Source: an uncultured Mucilaginibacter sp.
Lineage (GTDB): Bacteria; Bacteroidota; Bacteroidia; Sphingobacteriales; Sphingobacteriaceae
Length of the DNA: 64,000 bases
NCBI RefSeq assembly: GCF_913773635.1
Contig: NZ_CAJYGQ010000013.1
Location: forward strand, 233,973-297,972
Reading direction: 5' to 3'
This document shows, piece by piece, positions 1 through 10,900 of the stretch. Each line of letters opens with the position of its first letter. Within the stretch, counting starts at the first letter, position 1. The notes below the pieces were generated by a model. The model was not told where the DNA came from. It did no database searches and saw only the letters and a list, made by a program, of their open reading frames with translations. The position numbers were made by a program, and so were the translations under genes.

Positions 1-1797
1 TCAGTAAATAAATTAATTATTGACCCTGCTTACGTTGGCTTAATGCGTAACGCACAGGCAGCAATATCAACCAGTAATACCGTTACTGCTTTAATTGGTG
101 GTAAAGATGGTTTTGGCGGCGACATTCAGCCAGAAGAGATAACCGTATCTACTTCAAACGGTACTACTGCTACTAAAGGTACAATGGCATTTGGCGGTCC
201 GGTGTTTGCTTACCCAAGCCCTTACACCTCAAGCACCAACGCAACATTCAACACTACTCAATACCCACGCAGCGTTGGCCGTCCGGTTTACCTTGAGGCT
301 ACTCCTGATGCTATTGATGCTTCATTATTGTCATACATCAACGCTTCATTACCTGAAGGCTCACCACTGCCAACTACTCACCCTGAGTTTTTGACTACTA
401 ATGCGGTGTCTAACTTAAATATCACTGCTACTTCTGACGTTTGGATCACATTCGTTTCTGAAGGCGCCGGATACCTTAACACCCTGGCTTACTATACTTA
501 CCCAACCAACACCCCTCCTACAAGTGTTGATGATTTGGATAACGCTACGCTTATTTTCCCTAACGCTTCGGCAAACGGATCAGGCGGTGCTTTAAAACCG
601 GGTGATAAAGTAAAAATCGGTCGTTTTAATGCAGGTACTTCTATAGGCTTTGTATTAATTCAAAATGCATGGAATGGTAGCGGCGTATTAACCGGTAACG
701 CTAAATTCTACTCTGACTACAAATTGAATCCTGAAAGCACAGTAGCTAAAAAGAAACACGTAGTTACTTTATGGGATGATGTTCACAAATTATTCCTGAT
801 GGGCTTTGAAGACATCAACCGCGATAACGGATCTGACCAGGACTTTAATGACCTTGTGGTATATGCTACCTCTAACCCGGTAACCGGTATATCAAACAGC
901 GGTGTACCTGCAATTGACAAAGGTGGCGACGAAGATGGCGACGGTGTATTAGATGAACTAGATGCTTTCCCTAATGACGCTACTAAAGCTTACGTAAGCT
1001 ACTACCCTTCACAAACCGGTTATGCAAGCATTGCTTTTGAAGATAACTGGCCTAAAAAAGGCGACTTTGACCTTAACGACTTAGTAGTTAACTACCGCTA
1101 CACATTTGTAAGCAACGCCAGCAACCAGGTTGTTGAAATGAAAGGTGAATTTACTCCTTTAGCATCAGGCGCTTCATTCAAAAATGGTTTTGCGGTTCAG
1201 CTACCGGTTTCTGCTTCAGCAGTTAGCGCGGTTACCGGTCAAAGAAACATCAGCAACTACATCAGCTACGCAGCTAATGGTGTTGAAGCTGGCCAATCTA
1301 AAGCGGTTATTGTTCCTTTTGACAATCATGAGGCTTTACTTAGAAACCCTGACGGTGCATTCTTCATCAATACACTGATGGATAAAAACAAAGTTACCGG
1401 CAGCACCGCTACTGTAAACGTAACCTTTGCTTCACCTGTTGCGGCTTCAAACTTACAAGTTGCTAACTTCAATCCGTTCCTTATCAGTGATATGCGTCGC
1501 GGTTATGAAATACACTTACCTGGCTTTGCACCAACCGATAAAGCTACCAAATCACTTTTCGGTACTGATGATGATGCTTCGGTATTAAACAGCAACAAAA
1601 CTTACCTGTCAAAAGAAAACTGGCCATGGGCTATAAGCTTTGTGGGTGAGTACAAATATCCGGTTGAGTTACAACCTGTAAACCAAGCTTACTTACACTT
1701 CTCAGAGTGGGCATTATCTGGCGGCACTTCATATGCCGACTGGTACAGCAACACCGGAGTTGGTTTCAGAGACGCTTCTAAAATTTACTCAAAATAA
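1..1797 (+). CDS. LruC/DUF4842-domain protein with DUF4114-like domain (5' truncated by window edge)
   Basis: Frame is open from base 1 (SVNKLIIDPAYVGL-MRNA...), so the true start lies upstream. Two FED...DxDxNDLVV motifs (GFEDINRDNGSDQDFNDLVV, AFEDNWPKKGDFDLNDLVV), a DEDGDGVLD Ca-binding-like motif and the C-terminal WPWAI...YLHFSEW...DWY pattern recalled for LruC/DUF4842 proteins. Confidence 0.8.
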   Translation, partial: SVNKLIIDPAYVGLMRNAQAAISTSNTVTALIGGKDGFGGDIQPEEITVSTSNGTTATKGTMAFGGPVFAYPSPYTSSTNATFNTTQYPRSVGRPVYLEATPDAIDASLLSYINASLPEGSPLPTTHPEFLTTNAVSNLNITATSDVWITFVSEGAGYLNTLAYYTYPTNTPPTSVDDLDNATLIFPNASANGSGGALKPGDKVKIGRFNAGTSIGFVLIQNAWNGSGVLTGNAKFYSDYKLNPESTVAKKKHVVTLWDDVHKLFLMGFEDINRDNGSDQDFNDLVVYATSNPVTGISNSGVPAIDKGGDEDGDGVLDELDAFPNDATKAYVSYYPSQTGYASIAFEDNWPKKGDFDLNDLVVNYRYTFVSNASNQVVEMKGEFTPLASGASFKNGFAVQLPVSASAVSAVTGQRNISNYISYAANGVEAGQSKAVIVPFDNHEALLRNPDGAFFINTLMDKNKVTGSTATVNVTFASPVAASNLQVANFNPFLISDMRRGYEIHLPGFAPTDKATKSLFGTDDDASVLNSNKTYLSKENWPWAISFVGEYKYPVELQPVNQAYLHFSEWALSGGTSYADWYSNTGVGFRDASKIYSK

Positions 1798-1825
1798 TTT
1801 TTTAGCTGATACATAATTAAGTTGT

Positions 1826-1860
1826 AAGGGCCGCCTCCAAAAGGGCGGCCCTTTGTTGTT
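1826..1860 (+). terminator. Intrinsic terminator after LruC-domain gene
   Basis: Stem aagggccgcc (1826-1835) / ggcggccctt (1844-1853), followed by tgttgtt. Confidence 0.8.
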
Positions 1861-1900
1861 AACAGGTAATTGAGTAATTTCACTTATAAACCGTTACCAA

Positions 1901-2647
1901 ATGAAAGACAACTTTTCAACCCAATCAGACAGCTATGCCCGTTACAGGCCCACATATCCACCTGAGTTTTTTAAATACTTATACAGCTTGTTACCCATAA
2001 AAAAACATGCCTGGGATTGCGGCACAGGTAACGGACAGGTAGCTTTTGAGTTAGCCAAAAACTTTGAGCAGGTATTTGCAACAGACATAAGCCAGGCGCA
2101 AATTGATAATGCCGGGCAGGCAAATAACATAACGTACAGCGTTCAACCTGCCGAAAAAACTGATTTTAGTGACAACTTTTTTGATTTGATTGTAGTAGCA
2201 CAAGCCATTCACTGGTTTGATTTTGACAGATTTTATGCCGAGGTAAGCAGAACTGCAAAAGCAAATGCACTGTTGTGTGTTACCGGGTATGGAATGATTG
2301 AGGTTTCAAAAGAGATTGATGACGTAGTAGCATATTTTTACAAAAATGTTATTGGCAGCTATTGGGATGCCGAACGTAAGTATATAGACGAGAACTATAA
2401 AACCATACCATTCCCTTTTGAAGAGTTGGAAACGCCGCAATTTTACAACACTTTGAACTGGACTGCCGAGCATTTAATTGGCTATTTAAATACATGGTCG
2501 GCTGTTAAGCATTTTACTAAGCAAAACGGCTATAACCCGGTTGATGATTTAAAACCGCAAATTGAAAAGCACTGGGGTGATGATGAAATAAAGCAGATCA
2601 AATTCCCCATACTGCTGCGAATAGGTAGAATTCAAACTCCGATGTAA
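1901..2647 (+). CDS. Class I SAM-dependent methyltransferase
   Basis: Motif I AWDCGTGNGQ, post-I ATDISQAQI, motif II FDLIVVAQAIHWFD. Confidence 0.9.
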   Translation: MKDNFSTQSDSYARYRPTYPPEFFKYLYSLLPIKKHAWDCGTGNGQVAFELAKNFEQVFATDISQAQIDNAGQANNITYSVQPAEKTDFSDNFFDLIVVAQAIHWFDFDRFYAEVSRTAKANALLCVTGYGMIEVSKEIDDVVAYFYKNVIGSYWDAERKYIDENYKTIPFPFEELETPQFYNTLNWTAEHLIGYLNTWSAVKHFTKQNGYNPVDDLKPQIEKHWGDDEIKQIKFPILLRIGRIQTPM

Positions 2648-2712
2648 GCAAAGACAGTATGAACATGTAACTAATTGCTTGAAATCCTATCTTAGTTAAG
2701 ATCAATAAAACT

Positions 2713-2967
2713 ATGAGCACCTGGACCACCGTTTACAAAGGACATAAAATTACAGTAGAAAACAGCTGGATGGGCGGCGAACGCCTTTGGGTAAACGGCA
2801 CCCTGCAAGACGAGCAACTGGGCTGGGCCTTCCGCAGCCGCTTGTATGGCAGCATTCGCGTACCCGGTCAGGAAACCAAGCGCATTAAGGTCTCTTTGGG
2901 CACACCATCATTCTCGGTTGAATGCAGGATTTTTGTGGATGACGAGTTGGTGTTTTCGGGCAGGTAG
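2713..2967 (+). CDS. Small hypothetical protein (84 aa, beta-rich)
   Basis: ATG after an A-rich leader (aataaaactatg), host-like codon use, fills the gap between neighbours; no family recognised. Confidence 0.7.
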   Translation: MSTWTTVYKGHKITVENSWMGGERLWVNGTLQDEQLGWAFRSRLYGSIRVPGQETKRIKVSLGTPSFSVECRIFVDDELVFSGR

Positions 2968-3063
2968 ACTACTACTGCGGTTTGATCATTAAAGGGGGAA
3001 TGCTTTTTAGTAGTTTTATAGGATTATTCTAACAAAAAATATTAAATTCATTAAAAAGCACAA

Positions 3064-4059
3064 GTGAAATTTAAAGATAGAACCTTAATGCAAATTGCAG
3101 ATATGATTTGCGGAAATTCCACATCGGACAAAAGTTTTTTTGAATATAGAAGTAGCTCATACTTAACAAAATTTTTCAATGATGCTGATACAGACTATCA
3201 GCACGATGGTTCGACAAGAAATCGTTGGGTTGCTGAGGTTCTTCGTCAAATCCTTGACGAACCTCAACCGTATCCCAACACACCATCTGAAACGTTCTCT
3301 CGTGTCATCACAACTTTAATGGATCAAAGAGACGCGTCAAACGAGGGACTTGATCGTCCGAACGCTTTAAATGAACTTAACTCGGCTTTAATAAGAGAGG
3401 GCTATGAAGCATTCTATGCTGACGACAAAAAATGCTATTTAAAGCACATAGGCACTTCTACTATCGCAAAACCAGCCCCTAATCCACACAGACCATTTTC
3501 CACTACTGAATTAAAAAAACGTGAACAACTTACTTCTTATCTAAATATATGTAGTGAAGATGATTTAATATCTGAAATTCTATTACCACTGTTCAGACAA
3601 TTAGGATTTCATAGGATAACTGCCGCTGGACACAAAGACAAAGCATTGGAGTACGGAAAAGATATTTGGATGAAATATCTTTTGCCGACACAACATGTTC
3701 TTTACTTTGGATTGCAAGTAAAAAAAGGAAAACTTGATGCGTCTGGTGTAAGTAAGAATAGCTCTGCAAACGTTGCAGAAATTTATAATCAAGTTTTGAT
3801 GATGTTAGGTCATGAAATATTTGATCCAGAAATCGGCAAGAAAGTATTAGTTGATCATGCATTTATAGTTGCTGGCAGAGAAATCACCAAAGCAGCAAGG
3901 AATTGGCTTGGCGGTAAACTCGATGCTTCCAAGCGAAGCCAAATAATGTTCATAGATAGAGAAGACATTCTAAATCTTTACATTGTAACCAATTTGCCAC
4001 TACCGGACAAGGCTATACAGAGCCATGAAGTAAATGGGTATAACGACCTACCGTTTTAG
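3064..4059 (+). CDS. AbiJ-N-terminal-like domain fused to Mrr-like PD-(D/E)xK/QxK restriction endonuclease; candidate defence protein
   Basis: GTG start. The C-terminal half has SEDDL...LPLFRQLGF...EYGKD...GLQVK (Mrr_cat-like E..D..QxK) and ends IMFIDREDI. The N-terminus (TLMQIADMICG...YRSSSYLTKFF...GSTRNRWV) resembles AbiJ N-terminal domains by recall. Visibly AT-richer than dnaE. Confidence 0.65.
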   Translation: MKFKDRTLMQIADMICGNSTSDKSFFEYRSSSYLTKFFNDADTDYQHDGSTRNRWVAEVLRQILDEPQPYPNTPSETFSRVITTLMDQRDASNEGLDRPNALNELNSALIREGYEAFYADDKKCYLKHIGTSTIAKPAPNPHRPFSTTELKKREQLTSYLNICSEDDLISEILLPLFRQLGFHRITAAGHKDKALEYGKDIWMKYLLPTQHVLYFGLQVKKGKLDASGVSKNSSANVAEIYNQVLMMLGHEIFDPEIGKKVLVDHAFIVAGREITKAARNWLGGKLDASKRSQIMFIDREDILNLYIVTNLPLPDKAIQSHEVNGYNDLPF

Positions 4060-4097
4060 CATCTTCCAAGCACATGGTCTGTATTCTAACCACTATC

Positions 4098-7000
4098 CTA
4101 CTTTAACATCGGCTGCACGTTAGTCAAACTATAAATTCCGGCAATTAAATCATCGCTTGGATTTACGCGCATGGTTTTGGATGGCAGGTCAATAAAAAGG
4201 TTATCTTCACCGTCTTTAATCATGAAACGCAGGGCGCAGTTTTTAACTTCGTATTTTTGATTATTAGCCAGTACCATTTCATTAAGGTTGTTAACCATAT
4301 CATCGTTAAGGCTATGCAAATGCATACAAATAGTGAGCGATTTGGTCATCTTATCGCGCATTTCTGATAGCAGATTAATTGACCCAAGGCGCATATCCCA
4401 GTTGTCCTTCTGGCGATACTTTTCTTCAACAGTTCCTTTCAACTGTACAAAGAAACCATCGCCAAGCAGGTTACGGAATTTAATATAATCATCGCCAAAA
4501 AGGGCAAACTCGTAGCTATCGTAGTAATCTTCGATTACAAAGGTGCCAAAAGGTTTACCGGTTTTAGTCATTTTGTGCTGTACGTTAGCCATTAGTCCCC
4601 CAATGCTCAGCTCGCCCATTCGGCGCAGTTGCGCAAAGCGCTCAACAACATCAGCCGGTGCTTCGCCCCCGCGCATGGTTACCAATACTTTTAAGTCTGA
4701 TACAGTATTCTGGCAATATCGCTCCAGCTCCAACTTATAGTTATCTAAAGGGTGACCGGTTAAATAAATACCAATCATATCCTTTTCGTACTTCAACTTT
4801 TCTATCAGCGCCCATTCTTCACAAACAGGCATGGCAGGCTCGGGTATATAGGCCTCAACGGTTCCACCAAATAATGATGATTGCGAACTGCTTTGCGTGT
4901 TTTGATAATCGTTGGAGTATTTAATTAATCGTTCGATACCGGTTAGCAAGCCATTTTCGGTTTTGGCAAAAAACTGTGCGCGGTTTAAACCAAAACTGTC
5001 GAACGCACCGCTGTACACCAGGTTTTCATAAGCCTTTTTATTTACGTTGCGGGTGTTGCTGCGCTGGGCAAAATCAAAAACCGATTTGTAAGGGCCTCGC
5101 TCATTGCGCTCATCAATTATACTTTCAATAGCTTTTTCGCCCACACCTTTTACACCGGTTAAGCCAAAGCGTACGTCTCCCTTTTTATTTACCGCAAAGG
5201 CCATGTCCGATTCGTTAACATCCGGCCCCAATACATTGATACCCATGCGGCGGGTCTCTTCCATAAAGAAAGATATTTTATCGATACTGTTTTGGTTATT
5301 CAGTACCGCCGCCATGTACTCTGATGGGTAATGTGCCTTTAAATAAGCGGTTTGGTAGGCCACAAACGCATAACATGTAGAGTGCGATTTGTTAAAAGCA
5401 TACTGGGCAAAGGCTTTCCAGTCGGTCCAAACCTTGGTAAGTTTATCTTTAGGGTGGCCTTTGGCCATTGCCCCATCCATAAACTGCGCCTCCATTTTGT
5501 TGAGTACCTCAATTTGCTTTTTACCCATAGCTTTACGCAAAACGTCGGCATCGCCTTTACTAAAGCCTGCCAGTTTTTGCGATAGAAGCATCACCTGTTC
5601 CTGGTATACGGTAATACCATAGGTTTCGCCCAGGTATTCTTCCATGTCGTCCAGGTCAAACGTCACATCTTCGAGGCCATGTTTACGTTTTATAAAGCTG
5701 GGTATATACTCAATCGGCCCTGGTCGGTACAGGGCATTCATGGCAATCAAATCTTCAAACCTGTCGGGCTTTAACTCACGCAGGTACATTTGCATACCAT
5801 CACTCTCAAACTGGAACGTACCGTTGGTATCACCGCGTTGGTACAGTTCGTAGGTTTTCTGGTCGTCTAACGGAATGTAATCTATATCAATATCACGGTC
5901 ATGGTTCTGCTTAATCATGCGCAGTGCATCCTTAATAATGGTTAGGGTTTTTAAGCCCAAAAAGTCCATCTTAATTACACCGGCATCTTCAATTACACGC
6001 CCGTCATACTGCGTTACAAGCAGGTCAGAGTCCTTGGCAGTGGCTACAGGCACAATGTTAGTCAGGTCATCGGGCGCAATAATAATACCTGCCGCGTGCA
6101 CACCGGTGTTACGCACCGAACCTTCCAGCTTTTCAGCCTCGCGCAGTACCGTAGCTTTTAAGTCGTTACCCTCTTTAATGGCCTTAAGTTCGGGCACCTG
6201 TTCTATTGCCTGTTTAAGGTTGATGCCCAGAGTATCGGGCACCAGTTTTTTAAGCGCGTTTACATCGCTTAGCGGCATGTCAAGCACCCGGCCAACATCT
6301 TGTATACTGGTGCGGGCAGCCATCGAACCATAGGTAATAATTTGCGCTACCTGGTTTTTACCATACTTATCAACCACGTAATCAATAACCCGTTGCCTAC
6401 CGGCGTCATCAAAGTCGGTATCAATATCGGGCATTGACTTACGGTCGGGGTTCAAAAAACGTTCGAACAGGAGGTTATACTTAATAGGATCGATATTGGT
6501 AATACCCGTACAGTATGCCACTACCGAACCTGCTGCCGACCCACGGCCAGGCCCGATGAATACGCCCATATTACGACCCTCTTTAATAAAATCGGCCACA
6601 ATGAGAAAGTAACCCGCAAAGCCCATGGTTTTAATGGTAAAAAGCTCAAAGTTTATGCGCTCTTCTACCTCGGGTGTCATTTCCTTATAGCGCTCGTAGG
6701 CCCCGGTAAAGGTTAAGTGCTTTAAGTATTCCCACTGATTTAACACATCAGATTCCGGTCCGTCGTGTATTTTAAACTCAGGTGGTATAGGGAAATTGGG
6801 TAGCATGATGTCGCGTTTCAGCTTCAACACTTCTACCTTATCAACAATTTCGTTCGTATTATCTAATGATTCAGGCAGGTCATGAAATAGTTTGCCCATT
6901 TCAGCCTGAGTTTTGAAGTAAAACTGATCGTTAGGAAATCCAAAACGATAGCCCCTTCCGCCCTCATCATCAGTTGCAATAGGCGTGCTTTGCATATCGC

Positions 7001-7682
7001 CCGTATTTACACACAGTAAAATATCATGTGCATTAGCATCCTGCTGATCTACATAGTGCGAGTCATTTGAGCAAATAACCTTAACGTTAAATTTTTTGGC
7101 AAATTTAAGTAAGGTGTTATTAATTATTTCCTGCTCGGGTATTTCATGACGCTGCAACTCTATATAATAGTCTTCGCCAAAAAGGTCAAGCCACCATTTA
7201 AACTCAGCCTCAGCCTCCTCTTCTGTACCCTTCAAAATAGCTTGTGGTACCGATGCGCCAATACAGCAGGTGGTTGCTATAAGTCCTTCGTGGTATTTAA
7301 GTATAAGCTCCTTATCAATACGTGGCCATTTACTGTATAGCCCTTCCATATAACCCAAAGAACATAACTTAATTAGGTTTTTATACCCCTGAGGATTCTT
7401 TGCTAAAAACAACTGATGATGACGAACGTCTTTTTTCTCTTTGGTAAACTGTTTTTTATGACGGTCTTCTACCACGTAAAACTCACAGCCTACAATGGGC
7501 TTTACATTGTGCTTGCCGGCTTCGGCTACAAACTTAAACACACCAAACATGTTACCATGATCGGTTATGGCAAGTGCTTTCATACCATCAGCAGCTGCCT
7601 TTTTATACAGCTTTGATATATCGGCGGCGCCATCTAAAAGTGAAAACTGGGTGTGTACGTGTAAGTGAGAAAAATCGGGCAT
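4098..7682 (-). CDS. dnaE: DNA polymerase III alpha subunit
   Basis: PHP domain HLHVHTQFSLLDG, GPGRGSAAGS, catalytic MPDIDTDF, KMDFLGL, YAFNKSH, C-terminal OB fold; no intein. Confidence 0.99.
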   Translation of the reverse strand: MPDFSHLHVHTQFSLLDGAADISKLYKKAAADGMKALAITDHGNMFGVFKFVAEAGKHNVKPIVGCEFYVVEDRHKKQFTKEKKDVRHHQLFLAKNPQGYKNLIKLCSLGYMEGLYSKWPRIDKELILKYHEGLIATTCCIGASVPQAILKGTEEEAEAEFKWWLDLFGEDYYIELQRHEIPEQEIINNTLLKFAKKFNVKVICSNDSHYVDQQDANAHDILLCVNTGDMQSTPIATDDEGGRGYRFGFPNDQFYFKTQAEMGKLFHDLPESLDNTNEIVDKVEVLKLKRDIMLPNFPIPPEFKIHDGPESDVLNQWEYLKHLTFTGAYERYKEMTPEVEERINFELFTIKTMGFAGYFLIVADFIKEGRNMGVFIGPGRGSAAGSVVAYCTGITNIDPIKYNLLFERFLNPDRKSMPDIDTDFDDAGRQRVIDYVVDKYGKNQVAQIITYGSMAARTSIQDVGRVLDMPLSDVNALKKLVPDTLGINLKQAIEQVPELKAIKEGNDLKATVLREAEKLEGSVRNTGVHAAGIIIAPDDLTNIVPVATAKDSDLLVTQYDGRVIEDAGVIKMDFLGLKTLTIIKDALRMIKQNHDRDIDIDYIPLDDQKTYELYQRGDTNGTFQFESDGMQMYLRELKPDRFEDLIAMNALYRPGPIEYIPSFIKRKHGLEDVTFDLDDMEEYLGETYGITVYQEQVMLLSQKLAGFSKGDADVLRKAMGKKQIEVLNKMEAQFMDGAMAKGHPKDKLTKVWTDWKAFAQYAFNKSHSTCYAFVAYQTAYLKAHYPSEYMAAVLNNQNSIDKISFFMEETRRMGINVLGPDVNESDMAFAVNKKGDVRFGLTGVKGVGEKAIESIIDERNERGPYKSVFDFAQRSNTRNVNKKAYENLVYSGAFDSFGLNRAQFFAKTENGLLTGIERLIKYSNDYQNTQSSSQSSLFGGTVEAYIPEPAMPVCEEWALIEKLKYEKDMIGIYLTGHPLDNYKLELERYCQNTVSDLKVLVTMRGGEAPADVVERFAQLRRMGELSIGGLMANVQHKMTKTGKPFGTFVIEDYYDSYEFALFGDDYIKFRNLLGDGFFVQLKGTVEEKYRQKDNWDMRLGSINLLSEMRDKMTKSLTICMHLHSLNDDMVNNLNEMVLANNQKYEVKNCALRFMIKDGEDNLFIDLPSKTMRVNPSDDLIAGIYSLTNVQPMLK

Positions 7683-7704
7683 AACAAAATCCTTTCAGCA
7701 ATTA

Positions 7705-7712
7705 CAAAAGTA
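7705..7712 (-). promoter_or_regulatory. Bacteroidota -7 promoter box for dnaE
   Basis: TACTTTTG on the minus strand matches TAnnTTTG, 22 nt upstream of the ATG. Confidence 0.55.
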
Positions 7713-7921
7713 CGAAAAACCGCTCCCTGTTAAGGGTGCAACCGGCAAAAGTTATCTACAATAAATGTAAGTTATTAAGATTTACAGCTATAAAAAAACA
7801 TTTCGTGCGGTTCAAAGTTTTATAAGCAATTTGCCGTTGCTCTCGTCAGTTTAGCCACAAAGGCATGCGCTTTGTTGTATACAAAGCACCACACTATTCT
7901 TCATCTACAAATTATAATAAA

Positions 7922-10900
7922 TTGGGAAAATTTGGACGTATAGCTTTAAAAACCATTTTATGGATAGTTGCGAGTGTTATATTTCTGGTATTGCTTGTAG
8001 TAATTCTTATACAGGTACCCGCTGTACAACAGTTTGCAAAAAATAAAGCCGTAAACTTTTTAGAAGGTAAAATTGGCACCAAAGTAGAAATCGGACACAT
8101 TACCATTGGCTTTCCTAAAATGCTGGTATTGGAAAAGGTTTACTTTGAAGACCAGAAACGCGACACCCTTATAGCAGGTGATAAACTTAAGGTTGATATT
8201 AGCATGCTTAAGCTGCTTAAAAGCCAGGTTGAAGTTAACGAGATAAACCTGCAGGGTATTACGGCCAAGGTTAGCCGTGGTGCTGACAGTACTTTCAACT
8301 TCGATTACATTATAAAAGCTTTTGCAAGCGAGAATAAAAAAGAGCCAAAGCCGGAAGATACCACATCTACCCTCAAAATATCACTTGATAAAGTTGTACT
8401 TGATAGAATAAACATTGCTTACAAAGATGTAACAACCGGCAACGACGTTAAATTTTTGCTGGGCCATTTTGATACACGCATCAAAGATTTTGATTTGGAT
8501 AAGATGAAATTCAGCATTCCCAAAATCAATTTATCAGACGTTAATGCGCGCATCATTCAAACTCCTGCGGGTTCATCAATAGCGCAGGCGGCTACCGTTG
8601 ATACGGCTACTACCCCACTTAGCCTTGACTTAGATTTAGGTACTATTGATGTTAACCGGGTTAAGGTTGATTACCGCACCAACGAAATGAAAGCCAACGT
8701 TAACCTCGGCAAATTCTTGGTGGAGATGAATGATATTGATTTGAAAAATCAGCGCGTTGGCGTTAAAAGCATCACACTTGATGATACTAAGGCTGGCTTA
8801 CGCTTGGCCAAACCACAAACAGTGGTTACCGCAGTGGTTGAAACTGCTAAAAAAATTGACACTTTAGTTACGCCGCCGCAAAGCAACAAGCCTTGGTACG
8901 CCACCATTGGTAAAATAAGCCTTGCCAATAATGATATTAAATTTGACAATGATGCCCAGGCACCACTGCGCCGAGGATTGGATTTTGGGCACATGGACAT
9001 TAAAGGCCTGAGCACTGACATAGAAGACCTTTCATATAGCCCCGACACTATTGCCGGTAAGGTTAACCAATTTACTTTTGCCGATAAAAGCGGGTTTAAG
9101 CTTAATGAATTCCGCACGGCGTTTATGTATGGCGCTAAAAACGCTTACCTCAAAGACCTTTATGTTGAAACACCAAATACAGTCATCCAGCGCAATGTAG
9201 AGGTGGCTTACCCTTCAATAGAAGCCATCACGAAAAACATCGGTTTATTAAGTGTTGATGCCAATGTTGATGGAACACGCATTGGCTTGCGTGATGTGTT
9301 GCTGCTTATGCCAACAATGGCCTCTATGGAACCATTCCGCAGCACGCCAAATGCATCATTCAGGGTAAACGGCCGGGTAGCCGGTATGGTGAATGATTTG
9401 CGCATTTCAAACTTTGAAGTTTGGGGCTTGTCAAATACGCACATTAAAACATCGGCCGTATTAAAAGGCATGCCTGATGTTAAAAAGGCGTACTTTGATG
9501 TTAACCTTGCCGACTTTACTACCAGCCGCCGCGACATTTACCGTTTAGCACCGCGTGGCACCATTCCGCCAAGCGTAAGCATACCCGAGCGAATGAGCCT
9601 TAGCGGTAAATTAAAAGGTAGCATGCAAAATTTGACTACTCAGCTTAATTTACGCTCTAGCTATGGAAACTTATCTGCAGCGGCCAATGTAAAAAACGCT
9701 ATGGACATGAAGCGTATTTCTTACGCTGCTAATGTAAAAGCTATTAACCTCAATGCCGGAGCGCTTACCAAACAGCCTAAAATGGTAGGTCGCCTTACAC
9801 TAAGTGCCAATGTTAAAGGCGCCGGGGCCGATCCTAAAAACCTTAATGTTGATTTTAGCGCGAACGTAGCAAGCGCACAAATACAAGGTTATAACTACCG
9901 CAACCTGGTTGCAAAAGGCAGCGCCCGCAATGGCGCCTATGTAGCCAAAGCCACCATGCGCGACCCCAACATCAACTTCACGCTTGATGCTAAAGCCAAC
10001 ATGAGCAAAAAGTACCCGTCGGTAAATGCAACGCTTTTGGTTGACAGCATAAATTTACAACGCCTCAACTTTGTAAAGGATGATATGCGCTTCCACGGTA
10101 AAATTGTTGCTGATTTGCCAACTGCCGACCCTGATTACTTAAATGGCAGTGTTTTACTTACTGATATGCTTTTGGTAAATAAAGGCCAGCGTATACAGTT
10201 AGATACCGTAAGTGTTATTTCAACAGCTAACGCTGATAGCAGCAGCCTGCGCCTTAAAACTCCTTTTTTAACCGCCCGCTTAGGTGGCAAATACAAACTT
10301 ACCGAAGTTGGCGCCGCGCTGCAGGATAATATAAACAAGTACTTCAATACAGCATTGGCCGCAGCACCTGCTGTTCAAAGTAAAGCAAAGCCGGTTAAAT
10401 ATTCTCCGCAACAATTTAGCTTTAACCTAAAAATGGTTAAAACGCCATTAATAACGCAGTTTGTGCCCGATTTAAAACAGCTTGACCCCGTGATAATAAA
10501 TGGACGTTTTGATAGCCAGTCGGGTTTATTACTTGTAAATGGCAGCATACCAAAAGTTATTTATGGAACCAATACCATTGATAACGGTAAGCTTAACATC
10601 AACACCAATAACAATGCTCTTAATTACGGCCTTACATTTGACCAGGTAAAAGTTGGCGAAAGCTTAAAACTGCTGTACCCTGGCCTAACCGGTAATGCAC
10701 AAAATGACAAGCTTAACCTTAGCCTGCAAGTGCGCGATGCAGCACGCAAAGAACGCTACCGCATTGCAGGCGTGTTTAGCGTGTTGCCAAACGAATACCA
10801 GTTTAGCTTTTTACAGGATGGCTTATTGTTAGATTACATGGCTTGGGCTGTAAATCCAAACAATGCATTCCAGTTTGGCAGCAAAGGCATTTTAGCGCGC

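Noticed and set aside
3025-4090. 9-bp direct repeat tattctaac (3025-3033 and 4082-4090) flanking the candidate defence gene, as a possible target-site duplication
   Set aside because: Short and AT-rich, with no terminal inverted repeats or transposase/integrase; chance is plausible. Only comparison with an empty-site genome could test it.
4288-7616. Many 60-138 aa ORFs antisense to dnaE, and similar ones opposite tamB, folC, gyrB, rho, dapD and the TPR gene
   Set aside because: Shadow ORFs fully overlapping well-supported genes, with no recognisable motifs; expected from codon bias of the real gene.
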